In this document: positions 12,005-26,200 of the stretch, one piece after another
Layout: each line of letters starts with the position of its first letter
Position numbering within the stretch: the stretch's first letter is position 1
From: Chrysomallon squamiferum
Lineage: Eukaryota; Animalia; Mollusca
DNA: 64,000 bases
Direction: 5' to 3'
Assembly (NCBI GenBank): GCA_012295275.1
Contig: CM022673.1
Location: 29,884,001-29,948,000, forward strand
Translations under genes and position numbers: made by a program
Notes under the pieces: generated by a model
Database searches by the model: none
Seen by the model: only the letters and a program-made list of their open reading frames with translations
What the model was told of the DNA's origin: nothing

Positions 12005-15000
12005 ATATTTTTTTCTGCATGTGGTTTCCTGCTTAATTTTTGATCAGACTATCAAAAATTAGAATATATCTTTGTTTACATTATTTACGATTTGTTATCA
12101 AATATTGTTTTCATTCTGCCAGACTTTTAATTTCAGTTTATATGTAGAATTTATTTAAATGAAAAACAAAGAAAACAGATTTGAAATCCAAGATTTAGTA
12201 GCAAGCACAAAATTCAATTTTAAAAGAGGAAGGTGAAGAAGCCAGTTATAATTAAATATAATCTGCACTGAACAGATGAGGAAAGTCAGTTAAAAAATTT
12301 TTTTTTTAAATTATTAAGTTGATTATATATATATACATATACAAGCTAAGTAACTAACCAAGATCTGCACAGGTAAATTTCTTGTAAACTTAATGCAGAT
12401 TTTTCTTCCAGAATGTAATATAAGTTACAGTTTTTATTTTTAAGCACAATAGTTATTTAATGGAAGGTGAAAAGATTTTTAATCATAAACTTAAAAAAAA
12501 AGAAAAGAAGAAGCACCAGTAAACCAAGCCCCCATTGAATTAAGATATGTTTTGAAATTTCTTTTATGATTTTCAAAATATTTTTACAGTCTTCTATTAC
12601 TGCATGTTTTATTTTTGAATATTAGATAATGATGAAAATCATAGTGGGGGAAGATTGCAAAAGTATTAAATTAACCACTGATTAACCAAAAATTTTAATT
12701 TAATAAAAACAAAGAAAAATCAATAGAAAAAAAAATAATAATAGAAAAAGCTAAGAAATTTTTTTTTTTTTTTTTAAATGTTTTGACATTTATATATATA
12801 ATTTCAAAATATGATTTTTTTTTGTTACTGCATGTTTCAGTTTTGGAAAGTAGCCAGTGTTAGATTATTTAATAGAAACATTGCATTTTAAATGGACATA
12901 ATAGATGTGTAACTTGGTGATAAAAATTATATGAATGGAAGTCAAAGAAGCATTATATGTCAGTGATACTGAATATTCAGATGGCCTTTGATATAATACT
13001 TAGCTTTCCTCAAGTGTAGCTCAGCATTCTGCTTGCTAACATTAAAATAAACAAGTTAATAAGTCTTGGCTTTCATTTTTAATTTAAAAATGTTCTTATA
13101 TGTGCTATATATTTCATGTAAATGCAGCAGTACTGGTTTGTCATGTAAATTTTCTGTACTGTGTTAAGCTTATACTATTTGTTTTTATGCCATGTGTGCA
13201 AGTTATGTTTAACAGATTACTTCATAGTGGGTAAAATCCATTTTTCATATATGAAACATTTAACATTTTTCACTGTCTAGGTACAAGTAAACATTTTTGA
13301 TTGTGGATAAATGTTGTTATTTTGGAATATACATTATCTTATAATGTGTAATTAACATATATTATTCTGAATTAATATCTAAATATATATTTTTTCAATT
13401 GAGCATGTATTGATACATTTTTTTCGTCAGGCTCTTAAATATTTATACATCATGCACATGCACAGGTAATCTTGCCTTTATTCCTGTTGTTAAGATATAT
13501 ATTTATAACATTTGTATTATCTCAATTTCATTGCTTCAAACAAAGTAAGTACGTAATTTAGTATCAGTAATCCTTTATATCAGATTACTGGCTTCAGACT
13601 GTTGGAATAATTTACCATCTCCATTAACATAAACGATCACATAACATTAATTGCCAGTTCTGTCATGTTTCTACTTAAGGATTCTAAAATTGTACTAGTT
13701 GACTAGTTGCAAGGAATGTTTATACAACTTTTTGCATTGTTTGAGTCCATAAAATGTAAAAAGTAAAATTTAATGTTTTAAATTGCGTGTTAGTTGAGAA
13801 CTGTAGGTATCTTGTTTGTGTATTTTAAAAACTCTATAATGTAACAATTTCTGCTACTGTATGTTGAAAATACCTTTTTGATTGTATACATGCCTGACTG
13901 ATAAAATTATTTAATCAGTGTAAGCAGTCACTTCAACTAAACTTTCAGATACAACAAATTCATGTCATATCAGTATGCTAAATCAAAATGTTTAACAACC
14001 ATTTGAAGTTTTTGTGTAAAACTATATTACCTTGCATAATGTATGAATGTACATAAGCGTTACAAAAAGTATGAATTTCACAACCTTTATTTTGTGTTAC
14101 TTGTATATCTTTACCCCTATGTTGTAATTTGGTTCTGGCTCTTTTTTCTTTTTTTTAATTTCATTTTTAAAATTTTCATTATTATGTGGGTTTTTTTTTT
14201 TCTTGTTGGGATAAATATTTTATTTTAAAAACATTTTCTTGTTAAATAAAAAATAAGGTAGTGAAAATAAAATATGGAGATAAATAATATAAGAATGCTT
14301 TAATAAATATTAATTGGGCTTTTTACAGATATGCTCTTTTATTATAAGAAAAGTCTGATGGTTGTAAACAGTTAAGAGAAGTATATATATATATATAAAT
14401 TATAAACATACTAGTTAGTATTTATTCATTTTGGTTGTGAAAAGGATAAACTTCACTGAAAATGCTCATTTTCAGTGTTGTAATATTTGCATACAGTTTA
14501 TTAGATGTGATTCTGGGACTAGATAATACTAATAATAGGAGCATATCACTTTCTGCTTTTGTATTTTAACTAAGTTTTATTTTTTAAAAACAGAACTAAA
14601 AATGTTAGTGCAGTCATTGTTTCATATCTTATTGGCATTCCATTGTTAATAAATGGCTAATGTGTAAATATTTTCAGGTTATAAAAGATAACAGTAGTTT
14701 TTTAAACAGTTGAATTTACAGACTGCTGAAATTAAAACATTTTTGTTAGCATTACTTAAACTTGTATCTGAATATAAATGTGCATAAACCATTTTCCAAA
14801 ACTAGAAATATTTTACCTTTTCTATTTTAATGAGTTTTAAAATCACAGTTAGTAATAACATCTCTTGAACTGACATTGTGAGATCCTGTACTTCAGATGA
14901 CAAAGGTTAATTTAATGTGATAGATGTAGTAATTCTGTAATTAAAAAAATAAAAATAATATAAATAAATAACAAAAACTCCCTCATTCGTTAGGACTAAA

Positions 15001-15315
15001 GAAATTAATTATTTTTAATTTATCAATGTTTTTGTTTCTTATAAACACACTTTCTTAATTTTTATTTAATTTTTAAAAACATTTCTTAATATGAGTAACA
15101 AAATGAAGATGTAAATTATTTTTTGTATATACATAATTGCTTGTGTATACTTGGTTTCAGTGATATGTTTTCTTTCAAATGATCTCTTTTCTTTGTTGTT
15201 TTATTCAGTATATGCATCCTATTCAAAATATCTATTTATTGTGTTATTTTTATTTCTGTTTTTATTTAATTAATTAATTTTATATATTTTTTTATATATT
15301 TTTTTATTTATTTAG

Positions 15316-15432
<117 letters not shown>

Positions 15433-16550
15433 CTTTTTTTTATTATTCCATAGCTCTGTTATGCATTTTGAAAATTTATTCCCTGTTGACTTACTGGAAA
15501 TGCAAAGGAAAATATGTTGTCAATATTTTTTGCTTTCCCCCCAACCTTTGGATCTAATTCTAGTTAGGGGTCACACATGATAATTATATTTTGTTATAAA
15601 TGTATATATAACTGTATTATTTGGAAGCTTCAGCCAACAGAAAATATTTGTTACCTCAGGAGTTACGAGGTTACATGATTTTCTAATGTTGTAAAATTAA
15701 GATTTTTACATACCAGAACAGTAACAGGGATAAATGGTACTTATTCTTATATATATACATACTATATTATATATGTGAATTTTATTAAAACATTTTCATT
15801 TTGATGCATATTTTGTTAAAAGATTGATCTATTTTTTAATTTGTCATTCTACTGTCTTTATTTTGTCAGGAAACAAAGATTCAGATGTATAATTTCATGA
15901 TTAATAACTATACAAGAGTGTATATTTTAGTGCTATTTGATTTGTGTGTATGTGTGTGAATGATCATCTGTGACTTAAGAAAAGTGAAAACGTTTCAAAT
16001 GTGTTTGTTGATATGTCATACATATATAAATGCATATGAACGATGTTTGTAAACTTTAACAAGGTTGTGACAGAAGACATATTGGTAGCAAATGATTAAG
16101 AGACATTTGGACATGCTTAACTACCAGCAATAAAAGTTTATAAACCAAAAAGGTTTTTGTCTTTTGTATGGGTGCATGTTTATTACTTACATATCCTGCT
16201 ACATGTAAAATAAATGAATGCTTCAACATCATTGCCACATTATCATTTTCCTTTGTACATGCTACAATGTGTTTGCAAAATATTGTAGTTATTATATATA
16301 ATGCATAAAAATTTTGGTTGAAAAATGTTATTGTTTTTGTTGTTTATATTAGAAACGTTGATGTAATTCCTGTTCAGATTGCTTTTTGTTTTTGATACTT
16401 TTACACAAAAGTATTGTTATCTCTACTGGTTTTGAAGTGTAAAGTGTATGGTGATATATTTTTGAATTAAATACTGCAATTTTAAAGGTTTAAAAAGATA
16501 TTAACTGTACACTGAAGTTAAACATTTGATTATGATTTATTCTTTAATGC

Positions 16551-16556
16551 AATAAA
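16551..16556 (+). terminator. Candidate poly(A) signal of boule
   Basis: AATAAA where the T-rich + strand skew switches to A-rich. Confidence 0.4.
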
Positions 16557-16577
16557 TAACAAATGCTTGTCAAATCA

Positions 16578-16583
16578 TTTATT
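16578..16583 (-). terminator. Candidate poly(A) signal of the dynein gene
   Basis: tttatt on + (AATAAA on -), ~860 nt past the dynein stop codon. Confidence 0.4.
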
Positions 16584-17444
16584 TTCAATTAAAAATAGAA
16601 ATACAGTAGTACAAAAGAATCAGTCTGAACAAAAAAAACAGCACAGAAGTTTGACAAATATAAAGTATATGTATAGAAGAGGTAAAATATCACAGTATTA
16701 TCAGCATTTCAAATAAATCATCTGAGTACACACTAAACTTTATGATTATTACTTTGAAAGTTGATTGCACAATTCAGTGCAAAGACAGGCAAAGCAATAT
16801 TCCTTTCCACAGTGCTTTTTCAGAAATTGGTAAATCATCCGATTGTTTTCAGTGAAGCCAACAATTAAACTATATTTATTTGTATTTTTTCAACTGTCAC
16901 TGACAATAAAAAAGGTCATGTTGGTTTAAAAAAAAGAAAAGAAAAAAAAGTATAACATGATTATCATTAAAATTCATTTTCAAGTTTAAATTGCATGGAT
17001 TAAAGTATGGAAAACGATTTTGACATTGGTATATATAACTGAAAATGTTCAATACTGATAAATATCACAGCATTCAGAAAGGCAAAAACAGTCAAACAAT
17101 TAATAATAATGTTTTGACAAATTAATAACTAGTTCGTATTTTGGTTCTTTATCTATTTGCAATAGTGATACAACAATTATCTGTTTGAAACATTACATAT
17201 TTAATTTACAAATGTATCAGGAATACTTTTCATGAAATATTTCTAGATACCGGCTTTTGTATAGTACAGGATTTCAATCTCATGATCAGAACAACCAAGC
17301 TGGTCTTAACATTTTCATTTAGTTTCAAAATTGTCTTCATGTATTACTAAATTAGTTTTTGAAAATTCGCTTGCACAAAATAAAAATTTTCAATGCATTA
17401 ATCGTGCACATAAAACCATACAGTAAATATATGAAAATCCGAAC

Positions 17445-17810
17445 TTAAGTGTATGTAGTACATTCTTCATTGGGCAGCCTTGTAGAAAGAAACACTCGTT
17501 TCTCAATCCATATCTGAACATCAAACTCAACTTGTAGAGGCAGTTTTTGCACAATGTTTTTGTCAGCATGAAGTTCAGGTTCTGTTGAACAGTAAAGAGG
17601 ACAGTCAAAGGTTTTACATTCTACATCGGTATCTGACTTGTCTGTTTCCACTGGTTTCAGCCATACTGGAGGCAGTTTGTGAGAACTTCCAGTGTTTGGC
17701 AACTGCTCAACAAGCACAGATTGTGTGCTGTCCCATGAGGCATTGTTCAAGCTCAGACATGTAACCAGTACTCCAGTAGGGACAACACCGCTTATACTAT
17801 TTGGTAGGAC
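17445..17810 (-). CDS. DNHD1: dynein terminal exon (VLPN..GVLV..NASWD..LPPVWLKP..FDCPLY..)
   Basis: tcatag|GTC CTA, phase 0, 122 codons including stop; matches the dynein C-terminal G..LxxAxWD / P.iwl.P / CPlY pattern. Confidence 0.88.
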   Translation of the reverse strand, partial: VLPNSISGVVPTGVLVTCLSLNNASWDSTQSVLVEQLPNTGSSHKLPPVWLKPVETDKSDTDVECKTFDCPLYCSTEPELHADKNIVQKLPLQVEFDVQIWIEKRVFLSTRLPNEECTTYT

Positions 17811-19008
17811 CTATGAAAGAAAAAAAAGAAGTAAATAAATATATGTTAAAAACAGATTTGCAGATTTTTGTATTAACTGATAAAAGTTGTTAGAGCATAT
17901 GCTGAACAACAACTTGTTTTATATAAATATATTAATAAACAAGACTAGCTATAAAAATGCCAAAATATCTTGACTTAGGAAGTTGGTATAATAGTGGTGT
18001 TTTGAAAAACTACCTAACCATATGAGTACAACTTAAATATTTTATATTTGTGAATAATGACAGCTACAAAAACAAAACTGAATTAAGAAAAAAAAAAAAA
18101 AAAATTTTTTTTCTGAAATGTCATTACTATCCCCCAAAATCAATCCTACCTATTTTTGCATACTTTTTAATTACTTCAGTGCATTAAAGATAATATCAGA
18201 ATATACAGAAGATGCTAAACTAAATTTAAAACTGATGCTGTTGCAAGAGTTGTCATCTACATAGAGTCCACTTAGAAAAAAGGTACAATATTAGTTCACA
18301 ACTTTTAAATCAAAAATTGAAAAAAAAAAAAAAGTGATAATAAAAAGCAGTACTGATTTGCAAAATAATCTGTTTGGGCAAAACATCCATGTAATCTCTA
18401 TTCAATTAATAGAAAGCTTGTACAAAAAAAAGTAAAATCTTATCCATAATCTACACAAAATGGTAACCTGGGCCTTGCAGCATTTTTTTGAAATGGCACT
18501 CGGATGAAAGTTGGGGTAATTTAAGCTAAGCACAGTTTTGGAAAACAAATCTGTCAGACAACTCATCAACATTATTTGCTCATCCATGTTACAATCTGAC
18601 AGCAGGTGCTTTTCATATATATCTGGCATAAAAGATTTTTTTTTTTTTTTCACTCTCCTAGGTCTAAAAATGGAACTGCAACTGAGTCTGAAGAACCACA
18701 TGTCTGAAAAGGTTATTTGGAAAACATAAGTTGCATAGAAAGCAGTCCATGAGGTGATTTAAGATAATTCTAAGAGGTGTGAAATTCAAACATACTGTCA
18801 TGGGCAATTCCGGTGCAAAGGTTAGTATGTAGGCAAGTTTGGTAATTGTGGGTCAGCACTGTAATTTTTAATTTGCAATAGCACAATAACAGTCATAACA
18901 ACAAAAAAGAAAAAAACAAAAAACAAGTAATATATATATAAAACTAAAAATAAAAGTATTGTATTAATACAATTACTGATATTGCAAGCATTAAGTGTAT
19001 GTTTGTAT

Positions 19009-19040
<32 letters not shown>

Positions 19041-20188
19041 TGTCTCTGTGTTTATGTGTATATTTGTATGCTTGTGTGGTTTTACATATGCATCTACACG
19101 TTTTTATATCTGTGAAGATTATTGTATCAGAAAAGATACAAAACTGAAAAAAAATGTAAGTTTATTTTAGTATCTATCTACTTGAGGAAAAAGAAAAAGA
19201 AAAACTATTTGTTTAACAGCACATTGTTCTGGTCAGCTGTATTCTTATCATGGCATTTACCAAAGGATAGAAGACAGAGAAAAAATAATTAAAATGGAAA
19301 AGAAAACTACATTTATAAGTAAACATTAACAAACTTTTAATAATGTAAACAATCAATAAAAGAAGTCTTCAACTAAATGTATCACTTTGGGAAGAGGTAA
19401 TCAACTTTTAGTTTCTGAAACAAACATGGACTTGAAGTAATGGAAGCCAAATGTTACCAAGGGCATTTAATTAGGAACTCAGCTGATGGACTTATTTGTG
19501 CCAAGCTGTGGCTTTCAGTAATGTATTGTTATGTGGATGTACACATGCCACAGAGAGTCCTAATTACACAAACATGTAACAAGTACAAAGCAATTTATAT
19601 ATTGTTGAGGAATTCATACTTCTACTAACTAATAATAATGATTTGTTTGGTTATCTGAAAGAGTGAAAAACATGTTGATACATAGAGAAAATAGTGAGAG
19701 TGGTATATAAAACAATGAAAAGGAGAAAATAAGAGGAAAAGAGAGAGAGAAAAATAAAGAACAGACAGACAAACAGAGTATGTTTTGCCTCACTACCACT
19801 TTGATGTTTGCCCTCAGTAGTATGTATTTTGTATACAGCACAAACCAGTTCCTTCTGGTGATGACTTGAAGGTCCACAGCTGTTACATGTGTCTTCAGTG
19901 AGTAAATAAAAATTCAATTAAGTATCCTCAGTGGCATAAAGTAGCAGCAGTGAAGGCTTTCTTATCTTGAGAAGTAGAGTGAGTTAATTACTTCTGGTTT
20001 GAACATGGGTGTAGAGATGATACTGTGTTAGATATATAGGAAATAAAGATACTGATTTATTGTATAATCCTTTGGAGTGTGTCAGTGTAATGAGATACAA
20101 TTTTGTAAATTATTTTTTTTATGTTGGCTTTATAGCTACCATATTTAATTGATTTTAGATGTGTATACATAAAAGAAACATATATTTG

Positions 20189-20220
<32 letters not shown>

Positions 20221-23200
20221 CTACTATTATATGTATTCAAACCTCCACAAATACACACCCTCTGTACTTTTTGTGTATGAATCTCATACAAACAGATGGT
20301 ATATATATATTCTAATACATAAAACACATACACATATGGATAGTATATACATAACACATATACTCTGACATTACATACAAAGGATTTTTTCTGGAACATC
20401 AAGAAACACATGAAATGGCATCATAAAAGAAAATATCATTAAATCTGAAACTAAACATAAATTTCAAAATGTTTTTTTAACAATGATAGTAACTATCTAA
20501 ATAAACTAACAATGTCATTTTGCATATTATTTACAGAAGTACCAGCAACATAAAGATCAATTGTTAAAATACTGTTCCCATTGTTTAGCATTTAGTGTAA
20601 TAATTCTTTATTTCTGTTTGACATAACTTTCAGTAAAACTAGAGACATTGACAAATACACATACAGTAATAAGAGTTATTTCCCACAAAATATCTATATC
20701 AAGACATTCACCTTTCACTTTAATGTAATATGTAACATGGATGAAACAACACAGCTGTAAAAGGCAAATGTTACACACTTCCGTATCACTTGATGTGAGG
20801 TGAATAATAATAAAAAAAAAAATATATATATATATATATAAAGTGGGAACAAAAAAACCCAACAAAAAATCAGGAAACTAAAACTTTTGTGTTAATGATA
20901 ATTTGTTGCTTTTCAGTATTTTTTTTGCAATACCTCAAGGAATTTGGCCAGATGCCTGATTGGTTTTACGGGGAAAATCAACACCAACTTTGTAGCTGAA
21001 GTATCACCCTGCGATTTCTTGTAGTAGGCTAGCTGCCAGACTGTGTGCATTTGTGTATGTTGGAAATATTAGGTATGTGTCTGTGTGTATGTGTTAAGAT
21101 TTTAGCATGTATTAATGTGATGTGTCTGTGTGTGTTAGAGATGTTAGTGTTGTACATAGTTTTTACAGACATTAGTATGTATGTGTATGTGTGACAGATT
21201 CAAACTAGCAGTGTTGACAGATTCATAATGGAAAAACATCAAGAGGAAAATGTGTTATTGTAATGTTTGAATCATATAAAAGTATTTTAAAGATAAAAGT
21301 CAGCTTCTGAAAGATGTATTTGGTATCCCTTGTAGACCCTTAAACATAACTGTTTTATATCCTCTTCGTTCTATTTTGACCTCCCTCAAGGAAAGAATAA
21401 AACCTCAAAATATATATAAACAAATAATATAAATTTTAAAAATTACCTGGACCCAAACTCATTAATTATTTAAAAAATAAAATTAAAAGAAAGATAATAA
21501 AAATAAATAAATATAAGTTAAACTAAATATGCAAGAAAAAAAGAAAACATTACTAATAATACTATTAAAATATTAAATTCAGAAGAATACATTTAAGAAG
21601 TATTTAACACATGAAATCATTAGTGTTTTTTCTTGCAAGTAAATTTTTAAAATATAAAATAAATCTTTATATAACAAAATTCTGCATAAAATCTGTATTC
21701 GACTGAACTATTTCTGTACTGTTGTTTTTATTTTTTCTATTAATCATTTAACTCACATGGGTGGGTAGTGGGTCAATGCTTACATAAGACATGATGGGTT
21801 ATAAGATCAATACTCTTAAGCATGCTCACTAGGCTACTTCCTGCTCCAGTCAGTGCCCCCTGACTGGTGTATCTCAGGTCAAGCAAGTGTTTTCTACCCA
21901 CAGATACATATAAAACAACCATTCACTTGGAGTGGCAGCAGCAGGTTTCAAATTATAATTCTAATTTTTTTACACCTGATTTACAGTTCCAACCAACATT
22001 TTGCAATAAATATTTTCAGAAAACACCTCCTGATACCTTATATTATTAGTGCCTAATTTATTGCATAAAATCCACATTTAGTTATATACATGTACACAAT
22101 TATATATTTGCTGATCTTTTTTTCTTTTTGTCTTTCATTAACAAAAGCAAATGTGTATGCATTAGCTTGCAGAATCATGCATTTAGTGCCAAAACCTGCA
22201 ACTTTACCTATTAATCATAAACACACATGCATGTAACAAAATACCTTTACTCTACAAACTGGGTTAATGAACTATAGACATGATATTAAAATAATAACTA
22301 TTAAAAAAAATTGTGTTATTAAATAGAAACATGATTTCACATAACAGTATTTTCTCTAAATATCATTTGCGTTTTTTGGTTTCTTTCATTTTTTTTTTTC
22401 TTTTTTTTTTTTGCCATTGTTAATGAGCATGATATTACAGATATACTTCTTTGCCAGTAATAGCATATATATTTCACATATGATGAGGTTTCCAGCATGC
22501 ATGAATGAACATTTGTTTAATAATATTTTGGTACATTTCTTTAGTGTCAATTATCCGACTTTTTTAAATATATAATTCTGTAACAGAAACTAGTGGGTTA
22601 CTTTTAACATGCTGTCTTTTGTGAAAGAATAACCTTGTTATTTATGGGTTATTTATAACAGAAGCAAGTAAATTTTACATACTTCTTCACACAGACACTG
22701 AAAAACCACTGCCTTTCATAAGTGACACTGGTTTAACTGAATAATCCTGTGTTGACAAATCAGATCTCATGCAAGCATTCTGACTGCTTTGTCTCAAACA
22801 AGATCATATACAGACTTTGAATAAACTTATTTTTAAACTTTTTACTTTTTGGCTTGCATGAAATAGCATACTCTGTTATTATGATTCAGACAAAATATCT
22901 AATTTATGCTACAAGCATGTGTAAAAGGATAATAAAACAAATTGTATAGTGTACTGGATCAATTAACCATTAGATTACAGTGTGCAGACACTGCAGCTTA
23001 ATATTTTCATCTGCACAGTTATAAAGTTTTTAAGCAACAAATATTTTCTGTTTCAGAAGTCTCTTGAAATCTGCCTGGATCTATGATGCGTAATTTAAAT
23101 AGTACATGCTAAAAGAAATTAACCAAAAATTGTGCCTTTCCTCAAGTCAGAAGCACATAACTTGTCTCTGATTCAGTTGCATAAATTACTCTGGTTATAA

Positions 23201-26200
23201 TCAATATTATTCATATGTCTTGTAATAAGTAAGAAAAATGGACAAAGGGCTTCTTACTAAAACTAGATTAATTCTTCAGTATGATTCCCAATGCTATTTA
23301 AATATATTTTATATATTCCAAATGGTACATTTGTTTGTCAGTAGCATCAAATTTTTATTATTAATAAGGAGGCATGGAAGCAGTTGTTATACAGAAATGT
23401 AATATAAAATGAAATATATTAAGGAAACAATAATAAAAAAAATAAGAAAAGAAATTGTCATTTCAAAATTGCTGTATCCTTACACAATTAGGGAATTATT
23501 TATAATTCTGTTTAGTGAAATGATGTCAATGTCAAATGTCAGCCTAGATGCATCTTCATAATCTGGTGATGTTATCATCATATTCTATTATTAGCAAAGA
23601 TTGATGTCTGATACAGTAAAACAGTCTCACAGAATATATCTGCTATCTATGTCTACGCTTTAAACTGAAAACACAGAAGTGTACCACTAAATATACAGTA
23701 CATCTAAATCCATTAAACAATACACTGCATCATGTGTTTGTGTAAAAAACAACTACTTAACCTGCTTTGCTATGACAACATAAGCATGGAATGCTTCAGT
23801 AAGAGTTTTTTTTAATAATTCAGATGAACAAAAAGTACCACATGCAGTTTTCACATACACACTTCACATCTGGAAATAATTATTTCAGTGGTTTCATCAT
23901 CAGTTTTGGTGAACTTAATTTTTTATATTTACTTTGAAAAAAACCAGTTACATATATAATTAGATTCTTTCATTAATTGCTACCTATTACACAGTTTGAT
24001 ATAAAGATTTTACCACTTTCTTCCAAGGAGGCCATTAATTTTGCTTTATAATGCAAATCACATCTTTGTACCTCAGTGTGTGGATCCAAGGATTTTCTGT
24101 GTAGACATACAATTACTGACAGGTATCTACTCCTGCCTAAGATTTTCACTGGATATGATGAAACTACCTGATGGACTTTGTCTTGGAGACTTGACCAGTG
24201 GGAAGTGTGACACTGTTATTCACTGACTACAAGGAAACAGGTATTTGCAGTGGGGAATGACCGTTTTCTCTTAACTCACTTTGCACACATCCATAAAGTT
24301 ATTTAAAGATTGGGACCAATTTAAAAAGACTAAAATACTGTAAGTAAATGTTACAAAAAAAAAAAAGAGAAATAAAAAGAAAAAAAGAAGAAGAAAAAAA
24401 AGAAGCAGCAGCATTTAATCAATTTTTGTTGACTACAAACATCATTTAGTTCAATCCTTTCATTAAAATATTGCCTTTTCTCTTCTGTAAATTAAATTTG
24501 TCTTATGCAGATTGAAGAAAATATTGTAAAATGCATTTACTCATTTTTGTATGAGGCGGGAATAAGCAAAGAAAAGAAAAATGAAATGAAGAAGAGATGA
24601 TGGGGAAAAATAAAAATCAGATGATCCTAATATATATTTACAAAATAATATATAAAGTGAAGAAATATGTAAGAACAAATAAGTTGAATGAAAATTAAGG
24701 AAGACAGTTTTTGTCGGTTACAACAGTGTGTTACTATTTGTATTACTCATTGTGTTTAACTGTGTATTAACTTCTTAAAGTTAGTTGAAAACAAATTCCT
24801 TGCATATTTTGTTAAGTACCCGCTGAACTAAATATAAAGCTATAATAAATAAAAAAAAAAAAAATAAAACATAATGAAAAAAAAAATAATAATAATAATA
24901 ATAATGAAATAATAATAAAAACAAGAACGAGAAGAACTATAACAATAAATTAAATGAAAAAAAAAACAAAAAAAACATTGACAGTGCACAAAAGCCAGCA
25001 CAACAAAAAACAAGGATGAAGAAGTAAGAATGGGTAAAATGAGAAAATATATTGTACTAGTATTTTGGATATTAATTTTATTCTTCTTCTTCTTATTATT
25101 ATTTTTATCTAGGTTATATTCCACCACACTCACACCATTAATATGCACATACTTCTTTTCTTAAAATAAAATGTTAATATTTACACAACTGTGATACTCA
25201 AACACAGATACAAGTACAGGACAATCAAATAAACATAAAAATAAACAGCTACTGTTGCCATTTACACAGTGTCATAGTAGGCAGTGAAGTGACCTACAGT
25301 GATGTATTGAGTGATTCACGGCTCACCCTGCAACATCCCACAAAGCATGAAACGACTTGTTTGGACACATCTTCAGCCAGTAATGCATCCAAATTGGTAT
25401 ACACCAGTAAACCCTGGCTCTAATTGCAGAAAGATGTGGAATGCCAAGGTAAAGGAGAAATGCTGAACGCGTGCAAGGGTTGTTCCAGTATTCAAGAGAG
25501 ATGGGGTAAAGAGATACTTTAGTGACAGATTTTAAAATAAAAATGAAAACTAAATCTTTTTTCTCTACCTTTTGAATTAAGATTCATTAAGATTCATTAC
25601 AAAGAAAAAAATGAAAGAAAGAAGATACAAAAGACTATAAAGCACCATGGTAGCAGATTACAAATAATCCACAAATATGTAATATGTAATATAGACATAT
25701 ATAGATATATCCATAAATATTACACACATGCATCCATATATACAAATATACATGCATATATATATAGCAATACAGATGCATACTTATTGATATACATATA
25801 TATACAAAACATATTTACATACACACATACATACAAACACACTTATATTTAAATACACATACACACACACTTATATTTAAATACACATAAACACACATAT
25901 TTAAATACACATACAAACACACTTATATTTAAATACACATACAAACATGCTTATATTTAAATACACATCCAAACATACACACAGATCCATAGATATATAA
26001 AAATTTGCTGACATCAACATATATGTTCACACAGATGCATACTCATAATACATATGAATACATACATATACATTTTCCACTTTATTTATTCCTTCCTGCT
26101 GAACTGACTGTATTTTAGAACTGCCCTAGAAAGCAGAAACAGAACTAATAGGTTTCTGTGATAATGCAGATAACCAGAGGTAGTCAGTCAGAATAGAAAA

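Noticed and set aside
24196-24240. + strand peptide PVGSVTLLFTDYK resembling a class III nucleotide cyclase motif
   Set aside because: It is preceded by an in-frame TGA, lacks the following IxGST-like residues, and has no partner exons; likely chance.
25327-25350. LWDVAG in an alternative frame, resembling a small-GTPase G3 box
   Set aside because: No G1, G4 or G5 motif exons were found nearby, and a six-residue match is expected by chance.
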